Virus record (IMG/VR): IMGVR_UViG_3300014613_000076
Coordinates: 1-30,936 of that record
Strand: one strand, 5' to 3'
DNA length: 30,936 bases
DNA from: a virus
Lineage: Duplodnaviria > Caudoviricetes
Part shown: positions 17,533-24,327 of the stretch, piece by piece
How positions within the stretch are numbered: position 1 is the stretch's first letter
Layout: each line of letters opens with the position of its first letter
Notes under the pieces: generated by a model
What the model saw: the letters and a program-made list of their open reading frames with translations, nothing else
What the model was told of the DNA's origin: nothing
Database searches by the model: none
Translations under genes and position numbers: made by a program

Positions 17533-18267
17533 ATGCCGAATAGGATCCTCAAAGAAAGCATTTGCCGGAGTCCGAACCTTGACAAGCTAGCCGCCGAAGA
17601 GGAACGATTCTTCTACCGGCTTCTCGTGCAATGCGATGACTTCGGTCGGTTCGATGGACGACCTGCCATCATCAAAGGCGCGTGCTTCCCTCTCAAGCAA
17701 CGAATAACCCCCAAGGCTATAGACAGGATGCTAGCTGCTATCAGGGATGCGGGACTCATATTCGTGTACACAGTGGGGGGGATGCCCTATATTCAGGTGG
17801 CGAAATGGCTCGACCATCAGACGCCAAGGGCCAAGAACAGCAAATATCCAGACCCTAACGGCGATGCGCTCGATCTGATATCGTCCGAAATCATCCGCGA
17901 GCAACCGCTTTCGCTTGCCAGCGAATGTTCCCGTATTCGTATTCGAGAATCGGATTCGATACTCGATACTCGGTTCAACGAATTTTGGGAGCTCTACCCC
18001 CGCAAGGCGGGCAAGAAGAAGGCCAGAGAAGCGTTCGCCAAAGTGGTAAAGGACGAAGCCGTTTTCTCAGCGCTGATGGCAGGGCTACGGGAACACATCG
18101 GGTGCGCTCAGTGGACGAAAGACGGCGGGCAGTACATCCCACATCCGACGACGTGGCTGAATCAGGAACGGTGGGAAGATGAGGTATCGCCAGCGAAGTA
18201 CAGCGGCTCACGGAATGTAGCACGTGGCCGCGATCCATCGGAGTACGAGAACGTCATAAGGCGTTGA
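17533..18267 (+). CDS. Phage replication initiator / replisome organizer
   Basis: MPNRILKESI...DDFGRFDG N-terminal domain; C-terminal FWELYPRKAGKKKA...YIPHPTTWLNQERWEDE; upstream of DnaC-like gene. Confidence 0.85.
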   Translation: MPNRILKESICRSPNLDKLAAEEERFFYRLLVQCDDFGRFDGRPAIIKGACFPLKQRITPKAIDRMLAAIRDAGLIFVYTVGGMPYIQVAKWLDHQTPRAKNSKYPDPNGDALDLISSEIIREQPLSLASECSRIRIRESDSILDTRFNEFWELYPRKAGKKKAREAFAKVVKDEAVFSALMAGLREHIGCAQWTKDGGQYIPHPTTWLNQERWEDEVSPAKYSGSRNVARGRDPSEYENVIRR

Positions 18268-18282
18268 TGATGGGGGGGACTA

Positions 18283-18525
18283 ATGCCTAAGCGTGTAGTA
18301 GCCTGGGCGTGTAGCTTCGGATGCGGCAGGCAGGTCAGCACGAAGAAGAGCACCATAGAGAAACACGAACAGACCTGCAAGCTGAATCCTGATCGACGCG
18401 CCTGCCCGACATGTGCCCACGAAGAGAGCGACCCGGACTATGGGTTCTATTGTGTCCTTGGATTGCTCGACGACACGGATGAGCAAATGCGGTTCGATTG
18501 CTCGATGTGGGAGGTGCGCGAATGA
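18283..18525 (+). CDS. Cys-rich zinc-finger-like hypothetical protein
   Basis: CSFGC...HEQTC...CPTC...C motifs. Confidence 0.65.
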   Translation: MPKRVVAWACSFGCGRQVSTKKSTIEKHEQTCKLNPDRRACPTCAHEESDPDYGFYCVLGLLDDTDEQMRFDCSMWEVRE

Positions 18526-19235
18526 TCCAAGGGAGCAGAATCGGGGCCGGATTCGTGGGGGCGTGTTTCCAGACGACCCGCGTGCACGCCGGGAATCAGG
18601 CGGGATTCGCGGCCTGCAAAGCCTTGGCTGCGGGACAATCGCAGGGGGTTCTCCTCTACGGGTTGGTGGGCACGGGGAAGACGCACCATCTCATCTGTGC
18701 GGCGAGGAGGTTCGAAGAGCGCGCATGGATGGATCAGCGATGCCCCGAGAGCGACGGAAGCGCGGGCGAACTTGTTGCCGTGGACATCAGGCAGCTGATG
18801 GCGGAGGCTGCGCAGCGTTACGCGGCCATCGACCCGGCAAGTGAGCCCGCGCCGTCGCTGACACGCGACGAGATGGAGAATCACGTGGATGTACGATATT
18901 GGTTTGTCCCCGAGTTGATTGATCGTTTGCGCTCGGAGATCGGCGAGGGGATCCGGTGGACGGCGGCGAAATGCAGAGAATGCGCTTTGCTCGTATTGGA
19001 TGATCTCGGGGTGGAGCGGTCGACGGATTTCGCGACCGAGGAACTAGAGCAGATCATCGATTATCGCTACCGCGAGCGCGCGCCGATCGCAGTGAGCACG
19101 AATCTCAGATGGCCAAAGGAGTTTCAGGAACGGTACGGAGATCGCGCAGTCTCTCGCTGGTCACAACAATGCGCGATCGTGGAGATGGCGGGGCCGGACC
19201 AACGAGTGAGAAAGGAGGCGCGCAATGGAGGTTGA
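18522..19235 (+). CDS. DnaC/IstB-like AAA+ helicase loader
   Basis: Walker A GLVGTGKT, Walker B LLVLDDLG, IIDYRY...AVSTNL...DRAVSR; start at ATG 18522. Confidence 0.9.
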   Translation: MIQGSRIGAGFVGACFQTTRVHAGNQAGFAACKALAAGQSQGVLLYGLVGTGKTHHLICAARRFEERAWMDQRCPESDGSAGELVAVDIRQLMAEAAQRYAAIDPASEPAPSLTRDEMENHVDVRYWFVPELIDRLRSEIGEGIRWTAAKCRECALLVLDDLGVERSTDFATEELEQIIDYRYRERAPIAVSTNLRWPKEFQERYGDRAVSRWSQQCAIVEMAGPDQRVRKEARNGG

Positions 19236-19650
19236 GACGATCAACGCGCTAATCAGCGCGGCCCGCAAGGAGGACCAGGCGAGGATCGCGGAGCTGGAGG
19301 GGGAAGTTGCAGCGGCGGCGAAAGAGACCGGCGACCTACGCGAAGCGGTAACAACTGCGTTGGAAATGCCGTGGATCGAAATGCCGCAACCGCTTGGCGG
19401 TGTCGCACACAGATGCCCGGATGACGTTGACATCATTGCCGCACTTCGATCCGCCCTCGCCGGATCGAGCGGCATGGTCGCCGTCGAGCTGGAGAGGCTG
19501 CGTGATTGGCGGGGCGTGCTCTTGTCGCTCACTGCGTCGGACAGAACATTGCGCATCTCTATCCGGCCATTTCTCGATCAGTTCGATCAGCTTCTGAAGG
19601 AGGCCGACGATGAATGCCGGAGAGAGGGCAGATGCGCTTGTGCGCGATGA
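19225..19650 (+). CDS. Hypothetical protein (partly similar to 25525..26151)
   Basis: AAGGAGG RBS; shares ARIA, SG.V.V and LLKEADD segments with the 25525 ORF. Confidence 0.6.
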   Translation: MEVETINALISAARKEDQARIAELEGEVAAAAKETGDLREAVTTALEMPWIEMPQPLGGVAHRCPDDVDIIAALRSALAGSSGMVAVELERLRDWRGVLLSLTASDRTLRISIRPFLDQFDQLLKEADDECRREGRCACAR

Positions 19651-19942
19651 ATCAATCGCGGCACTGGCAATGGTTTGTGGGCGGTTGTGGCAGGGAGCGC
19701 ATGGCTGTGACGCTGGGGCACCAACGGCGGAGGAGATGACCGAGATCTTGAGGCCAACGGCGGTGATGCACATCCTTACCGCCCAACGCGAGGCGGAGGC
19801 GACGACGAGGGGGAGGTTCGAGGAAGAAATCAAGGGCACCATCAGGGGCGTTGGCACCGATGAGACGGATGTTCGCGATGCTTTGTTCGGTGTCCTTGGG
19901 CGAGTTCGTGCCCTGCCGTCGGCCTACGGGGATCCAGAATGA
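19610..19942 (+). CDS. Hypothetical protein
   Basis: AAGGAGG RBS, 110 aa. Confidence 0.6.
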   Translation: MNAGERADALVRDESIAALAMVCGRLWQGAHGCDAGAPTAEEMTEILRPTAVMHILTAQREAEATTRGRFEEEIKGTIRGVGTDETDVRDALFGVLGRVRALPSAYGDPE

Positions 19943-19958
19943 GCCGAGGAGGTGCCTG

Positions 19959-20366
19959 ATGCACGCAGCGCTGATCGTGAACGATGACGGTACGTACCGC
20001 GACACGAAGCCGGGACAAGTGTTCCGGTTCCTTGACGAGCAGATGGGCTGGGTTGAGGAGGTAGGCGAGGGCTTCGATGCGTCGCCATGGTATTCGAGCT
20101 GGCAACTGACGACCGCATGCAAGACGACGGCGATCGCGACGCGGGTTTCGGAGATCCGGGCGCGGTTGCCGGGCGGATCGGCGTGTTGCCAGGACGAACG
20201 GCTCGCCAGATACGAGATCCATCAGAGCTATCGGAGCGGCGTGTGGTACTACCGGCTGATCCGGCGGGTGCCGCAGGCCGTGATGGCCGTGGAGCAGATG
20301 GCGTTTGAGGAGGCGCGATGGAGCTGGCAAGAGAGATCATCGATGCATACAGGCGCTCGGCACTGA
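19959..20366 (+). CDS. Putative winged-helix DNA-binding protein
   Basis: GAGGAGGT RBS before ATG 19959; AIATRVSEIRARL...YEI...VWYYRL pattern. Confidence 0.55.
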   Translation: MHAALIVNDDGTYRDTKPGQVFRFLDEQMGWVEEVGEGFDASPWYSSWQLTTACKTTAIATRVSEIRARLPGGSACCQDERLARYEIHQSYRSGVWYYRLIRRVPQAVMAVEQMAFEEARWSWQERSSMHTGARH

Positions 20367-20566
20367 ATCTGGATTCCCAAGCCGAATATGAGGAAGCGAT
20401 TGAGGTAGTTGCGAAGATCCTAGAGCCGGTACGGGAGACGCTGGAGGCGCTTCTGACCAAGGGCGAAGCCCTACCGGTGCATCCGCTATTGGCTGGCTAT
20501 CTGTATCACAGTGAGGACGTCTGGACATCGGCCCGTGCCGTCCTCGCCATGTTCGAGGAGGCGTGA
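20318..20566 (+). CDS. Hypothetical protein
   Basis: GAGGAGG RBS, 82 aa helical. Confidence 0.6.
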   Translation: MELAREIIDAYRRSALNLDSQAEYEEAIEVVAKILEPVRETLEALLTKGEALPVHPLLAGYLYHSEDVWTSARAVLAMFEEA

Positions 20567-21564
20567 TGACAACTGGGCCCAGCGAGAAAACGCGACGTGA
20601 TGTGATGGAACGCGATCAAGGCGTTTGCCAATTCTTCTGTGGGGGTCAGCCCGCGACGGAGATCTCACATTTCCAGCACCAAGGCCCCAGCGGATTGCCG
20701 CCTGATCACTGGAAGAACCAGCCGCCGAACCTTGCGGCGTCGTGTTCGGAGTGTCACCGGCGCTTCCCGCCGAATGGAAACTGGCGATGGGTGGAGTTCG
20801 AGCCAGCGAAGCAGGGAGCGCCGGGTGCGGGGATTCCTGAGCACATCGGCACGATGAAGATCCTCGATCCAGGCGGGAATAAGGTCCCCGAGCATACCCT
20901 GTGGTTCTACAATCGCTGGAAGAAGCTCGCGGCGATCATGGCAGCTCAGTCCCTTCAGACGGTGGGTGAGATCGACAGCAGCGTGGGCGAGATGATGCGC
21001 GATCTGAGGGACGGTGTGAGGTTCCTGGCCGGCGCACGGTCGTTCGATGAACACATCTCGGGCCTCGGCTGGGATCCGATCAAGGCGAACGACATCGCGG
21101 ACGTGTACGAGTGGGCGATCGAGCGTGAGGGCTGGCCGTCCGAGGTGAACTACGCGAAGATGAGGCTCATATATGACGCCATTGGCCCGTCCCCTGGTGA
21201 TGCGGAGTTCATTCAGACAGCGGCGAGCGGAGCATCATACTCTACGCTCAAAAAGGATCTCATCAAGGCGGGGCTGCTTGAGGCGCGATGGGGGACGTTT
21301 CTCGTGTGCTCGCCGGTAGTTCTTAAACCGGACTTGGCTGTTGATGGCGTCCGCTTAATCCCTGAGTTCAATATGCCCGTTTTCGTCCGCACGCGCCGGG
21401 AGGACGAATTGATTCAGGCGGCGACGGAGCGTGGCCTTGCGGTGATGAAGGTGAATGCATTCAAGGGTCGCCTACAGTTCAAGCGGGGCAAAGAGGGCGG
21501 GCTGTTCGACAAGGCGACGGGAGAGGCGATTCCGTTGCGGTCATTCGAGGAGTGGCGGGGTTGA
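20566..21564 (+). CDS. HNH-domain protein with large uncharacterised C-terminal region
   Basis: RRDVMERDQGVCQFFC...EISH...NLAASCSECH N-terminal HNH-type pattern. Confidence 0.7.
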   Translation: MTTGPSEKTRRDVMERDQGVCQFFCGGQPATEISHFQHQGPSGLPPDHWKNQPPNLAASCSECHRRFPPNGNWRWVEFEPAKQGAPGAGIPEHIGTMKILDPGGNKVPEHTLWFYNRWKKLAAIMAAQSLQTVGEIDSSVGEMMRDLRDGVRFLAGARSFDEHISGLGWDPIKANDIADVYEWAIEREGWPSEVNYAKMRLIYDAIGPSPGDAEFIQTAASGASYSTLKKDLIKAGLLEARWGTFLVCSPVVLKPDLAVDGVRLIPEFNMPVFVRTRREDELIQAATERGLAVMKVNAFKGRLQFKRGKEGGLFDKATGEAIPLRSFEEWRG

Positions 21565-21589
21565 CATCGGCGGCGGCATAGGCTATACC
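21561..21589 (+). promoter_or_regulatory. Putative sigma70 promoter
   Basis: TTGACA (21561-21566) - 17 nt - TATACC (21584-21589). Confidence 0.55.
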
Positions 21590-21630
21590 GAGAGACGCGA
21601 GAACAGCTGCCTGCGCAATGGGAGGGAACT

Positions 21631-21906
21631 ATGGGCGAGAAACCGAACTGCTACAAATGTAAGTGGCGGGGGACGATACCTGGCGATGCTCACAGCCAAT
21701 GTCGGCATCCAGAGGTCAAGGTTGATAGCAATCCATTCAGTGCGATGGTCGATGTGATGGCTGGCAAGACACAAGACGCAGCCAAAGCCCTTGGAATCAG
21801 CGGCGACGCGCGCGGCATTCGTCGTGGTTGGTTCGTCTGGCCTGCCAATTTCGATCCAGTCTGGCTAGTTGCCTGCAACGGGTTTACGGCTAAGGAAACG
21901 GACTAA
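21631..21906 (+). CDS. Cys-rich phage hypothetical protein
   Basis: CYKC...HSQC...GWFVWPANFDPVWLVAC; GGGAGGG RBS. Confidence 0.7.
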   Translation: MGEKPNCYKCKWRGTIPGDAHSQCRHPEVKVDSNPFSAMVDVMAGKTQDAAKALGISGDARGIRRGWFVWPANFDPVWLVACNGFTAKETD

Positions 21907-21921
21907 CCGACGAGGCACATC

Positions 21922-22062
21922 ATGCCAGCAACAACTAGGCAGTTCAACCTGAAGCTGAACACGGAAAAGGACGCAGACGTGATTTCATATCTGGACGCGC
22001 AAGAGAACAAGAACGACGCGATACGGAGAGCGCTCCGGGCGCAGATGGAGGCAGAGGAATGA
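21922..22062 (+). CDS. Small ribbon-helix-helix-like DNA-binding protein (not in ORF track)
   Basis: MPATTRQFNLKLNTEKDADVISYLDAQENKNDAIRRALRAQMEAEE: beta strand plus two helices; GAGG RBS; ATGA coupling to next gene. Confidence 0.7.
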   Translation: MPATTRQFNLKLNTEKDADVISYLDAQENKNDAIRRALRAQMEAEE

Positions 22063-22328
22063 ACCGCGACAAAGCATTTGGCGACGCCGTATATGAGACA
22101 CGGCGTCGGGGTGGGAATCCTGATGCAGTTAGCATGGAGCGCATAGACCACAATTACTACGATGGCACCGCTGAGACATGGGAAGACGCCGCACATCAGG
22201 AGGCGTCGAGGGTTGTTGATATGCGCGAACGTCGTCAAGAGAGAGAGCTAGCTGAGTATGAGCGGCATCTTGAGTATGAGAGATATCTTGCAGAACGCCA
22301 GCAAGAAGACATGGAGGCAGAGGAATGA
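22059..22328 (+). CDS. Hypothetical protein flanked by 21-bp direct repeats
   Basis: ATGA coupling; ATGGAGGCAGAGGAATGAACC at 22045-22065 and 22311-22331. Confidence 0.65.
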   Translation: MNRDKAFGDAVYETRRRGGNPDAVSMERIDHNYYDGTAETWEDAAHQEASRVVDMRERRQERELAEYERHLEYERYLAERQQEDMEAEE

Positions 22329-22329
22329 A

Positions 22330-22442
22330 CCAAGGCGGCTGCGGCCACTTGACAAGCCAATGTGGAGACGCCCTCCGGCTGGTACGTCCGCTGTTACGTC
22401 AAGTGCAGTGGGGAGCGTGTGGAATCCGGCCAGCCGCCTTGG
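22330..22442 (+). ncRNA. Structured RNA candidate sharing both terminal arms with the 12785-12870 tRNA-like element
   Basis: CCAAGGCGGCTG/CAGCCGCCTTGG closing stem; inner CACTTGAC (22346-22353)/GTCAAGTG (22398-22405), AGCC/GGCT, GGAG/CTCC. Confidence 0.5.
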
Positions 22443-22464
22443 GACAGATGAGCAAGGAGGCGGA

Positions 22465-22668
22465 ATGAACAGCGGCAAGTGTCCGCACGACCATCTGATC
22501 GTCCACGGCGACGGGGCGTGGTTCACGGCGACTTGTAAAGGGTGCGGGATCACCGGACCGCAAGGCGAGTCACCGAAGCGAGCACGCGAGCTGTTCGATC
22601 GGCGCAAGGGGAGGAGACCATACCAGCCGAATCCGGTGTGGCTACGGAAGCAGGAAGTGGGGGCGTAA
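22465..22668 (+). CDS. Lar-like zinc-ribbon protein
   Basis: KCPH...ATCKGCGITGP...ARELFDRR resembles the Lar restriction-alleviation pattern; AAGGAGG RBS. Confidence 0.5.
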   Translation: MNSGKCPHDHLIVHGDGAWFTATCKGCGITGPQGESPKRARELFDRRKGRRPYQPNPVWLRKQEVGA

Positions 22669-22677
22669 GGAGATGCG

Positions 22678-22848
22678 ATGAGCACGCTCTATATCCTTGA
22701 TGCTGACAAGAAGCCGATTCCGGCTACGATAGAGGAATGGGGTAAGCTGTATGAAAACCCTGAGCGGCGATATGCAACTTGGGACGAAGCTATCGAGGGG
22801 CACAAGCGAGCGTGCGCCCTTGTAGGGATTGTCAAGGAGGCATCATGA
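22678..22848 (+). CDS. Small hypothetical protein (not in ORF track)
   Basis: MSTLYILDADKKPIPATIEEWGKLYENPERRYATWDEAIEGHKRACALVGIVKEAS; AAGGAG RBS; ATGA coupling. Confidence 0.6.
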   Translation: MSTLYILDADKKPIPATIEEWGKLYENPERRYATWDEAIEGHKRACALVGIVKEAS

Positions 22849-23093
22849 CAGAGAAGGGCATTACGAAGGCGCAGCTTGAGAAGCGCGCAACGGGCCTCGA
22901 AAAGGCAATCGAAGTCCTGGAAGACGAGAACTACGCGTATCGACAGGCGATCAAGCCGCTGATCCCGATTGCGCGGACGATGGTCGAGATCCACGAACAC
23001 CGCAGGACGAAGCCGGAAGCCGGGATTGACATCGGCGTACGGTTCGATACGTTGCAGCGCATCGCGGCGTTGGAGTTGGGGGCGGCAGAATGA
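22845..23093 (+). CDS. Hypothetical coiled-coil protein
   Basis: AAGGAGG RBS before ATG 22845. Confidence 0.6.
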   Translation: MTEKGITKAQLEKRATGLEKAIEVLEDENYAYRQAIKPLIPIARTMVEIHEHRRTKPEAGIDIGVRFDTLQRIAALELGAAE

Positions 23094-23464
23094 ACAATGA
23101 CGGGGGTCCGGCGTGCGAAAAGCCGTGTCTCATGGCTGCGCAATGGGCGTTTGAGGAATCCGTGCGGGAGTTGGGACGAGCGATAGCCGCAGAGCTACAC
23201 CTGCGCGAGTTGGTCGATTGGCTCTATCGCAGGTGGGTGCATTGGCGCGTGGTTCCCCACATGATCTGGGCGCGTGTGAAGGCGGCACGGCGACGGCCCG
23301 TAGTCGGCGCGATTGGCCTGAAGGTGTGTCGACCCGGTGGCAACGCCCGCGATCGACGGACGCAGAGCGTGGCGAGGCAAGGCGCGGCACGGTTGTGCGG
23401 GGCTTTGCGTGGCGAGGCTGTGCAAGGCGGGGAAGGGCAGGGATACAAGGAGGCTAGGACATGA
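23090..23464 (+). CDS. Hypothetical protein whose 3' end reads through pentamer array 1
   Basis: ATGA coupling at both ends; N-terminal half protein-like, C-terminal part is repeat-derived. Confidence 0.4.
   Translation: MNNDGGPACEKPCLMAAQWAFEESVRELGRAIAAELHLRELVDWLYRRWVHWRVVPHMIWARVKAARRRPVVGAIGLKVCRPGGNARDRRTQSVARQGAARLCGALRGEAVQGGEGQGYKEART
23361..23445 (+). repeat. GGY-NN pentamer array 1 (17 units), candidate guide RNA
   Basis: CGCAG AGCGT GGCGA GGCAA GGCGC GGCAC GGTTG TGCGG GGCTT TGCGT GGCGA GGCTG TGCAA GGCGG GGAAG GGCAG GGATA. Confidence 0.85.
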
Positions 23465-23988
23465 AGACAGTCGAAGTGACCCTGAAAGGGACGAGCGCGT
23501 TGTTGATGCACCGATTCCCGTTGGAGCCGATTGAGGCAATCGAGAAGAAGACGAAGGAAGAGCAAGCGGAGATCGCGGCGTATCGCGATCCCGACGGCGA
23601 GTTGTACGTCCCTGGCGTGAATGTGCAGCGGTCGCTGGTTGCGGCGGCTGTCTACAGCAAAGGCAAGGGCCGGGCATCGTTGCAGAAGCCGGTAGCGGCG
23701 TGTGTGATTGTGACGCCGGAACGGATCAGTCTGGGCGCGAAGGAATATGAGATCGACTCGCGGGCCGTGGTGATGCCCTCGACGAAAGGGCGAATCGTGC
23801 GACACAGGCCCCGGCTTGACGAGTGGTCCATTACGTTCTGCATCGAGTGGGACGAGACGTTGCTGACTGAGGATCAGATTCGGCGCGTGGTGGACGATGC
23901 TGGGGCGAGAGTCGGGTTGCTCGACTTCCGCCCGGAGCGGAAAGGGCCATTCGGGCGGTCGATCGTGACGAGTTGGGAAGTGCAATAA
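23461..23988 (+). CDS. Stand-alone RAMP/Cas7-like RNA-binding protein associated with GGY-NN arrays
   Basis: N-terminal strand VEVTLKGTSALLMH; DGELYVPGVNVQRSL resembles RAMP G.P.IPGSS.KG..R; C-terminal Gly-rich loop GARVGLLDFRPERKGPFGRSIV; AAGGAGG RBS. CDS is secure, fold assignment is motif inference. Confidence 0.7.
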   Translation: MKTVEVTLKGTSALLMHRFPLEPIEAIEKKTKEEQAEIAAYRDPDGELYVPGVNVQRSLVAAAVYSKGKGRASLQKPVAACVIVTPERISLGAKEYEIDSRAVVMPSTKGRIVRHRPRLDEWSITFCIEWDETLLTEDQIRRVVDDAGARVGLLDFRPERKGPFGRSIVTSWEVQ

Positions 23989-23990
23989 CA

Positions 23991-24080
23991 GGTGGGGCAC
24001 GGCATGGTGCGGCCAGGTTGTGCCTGGCCAGGCGCGGCGCGGCCCGGCATGGCCTGGTGAGGCAAGGCAAGGCAGGGTAT
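23991..24080 (+). repeat. GGY-NN pentamer array 2 (18 units)
   Basis: GGTGG GGCAC GGCAT GGTGC GGCCA GGTTG TGCCT GGCCA GGCGC GGCGC GGCCC GGCAT GGCCT GGTGA GGCAA GGCAA GGCAG GGTAT. Confidence 0.9.
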
Positions 24081-24105
24081 CCACGCAGGGAGGCCGTAAT
24101 GAGAT

Positions 24106-24225
24106 GGCCGGGCGAGGTGAGGCGATGCGAGGTCAGGCACGGTCGGGCAAGGCAGGGCATAGTCTGGCTAGGCGGGGCGCTGCGGGGCGCGGTAAGGTGG
24201 GGCAAGGCGGGGAAGGGCAGGGATA
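24106..24225 (+). repeat. GGY-NN pentamer array 3 (24 units)
   Basis: GGCCG GGCGA GGTGA GGCGA TGCGA GGTCA GGCAC GGTCG GGCAA GGCAG GGCAT AGTCT GGCTA GGCGG GGCGC TGCGG GGCGC GGTAA GGTGG GGCAA GGCGG GGAAG GGCAG GGATA. Confidence 0.9.
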
Positions 24226-24257
24226 CAAGGAGGCGGTGACAAGATGAGCAGACAGGC

Positions 24258-24327
24258 GGCTGGGCGAGGCCAGGCCGGGCTCGGCAGGGCTGGGCGGGGT
24301 GCGGCGAAGTAGGGCAGGGCAAGGAAT
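24258..24327 (+). repeat. GGY-NN pentamer array 4 (14 units)
   Basis: GGCTG GGCGA GGCCA GGCCG GGCTC GGCAG GGCTG GGCGG GGTGC GGCGA AGTAG GGCAG GGCAA GGAAT. Confidence 0.88.

Noticed and set aside
18522-19235. IS21 element (IstB)
   Set aside because: No IstA transposase or terminal inverted repeats; context is a phage initiator-loader pair
12850-22443. attL/attR pair from integration into a tRNA 3' end
   Set aside because: The 5' arm is duplicated too, the enclosed DNA is the phage's own core early module, and no integrase is visible; an attP role for 12850-12871 cannot be fully excluded
23361-24225. Arrays 1-3 share the same mod-5 phase in window coordinates
   Set aside because: Array 4 breaks the phase and a 1-in-25 coincidence is unremarkable
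23361-24327. Classical CRISPR array
   Set aside because: No 25-40 bp repeat alternating with similar-length unique spacers; the only long repeat (33 bp) occurs twice; no cas1/cas2 present
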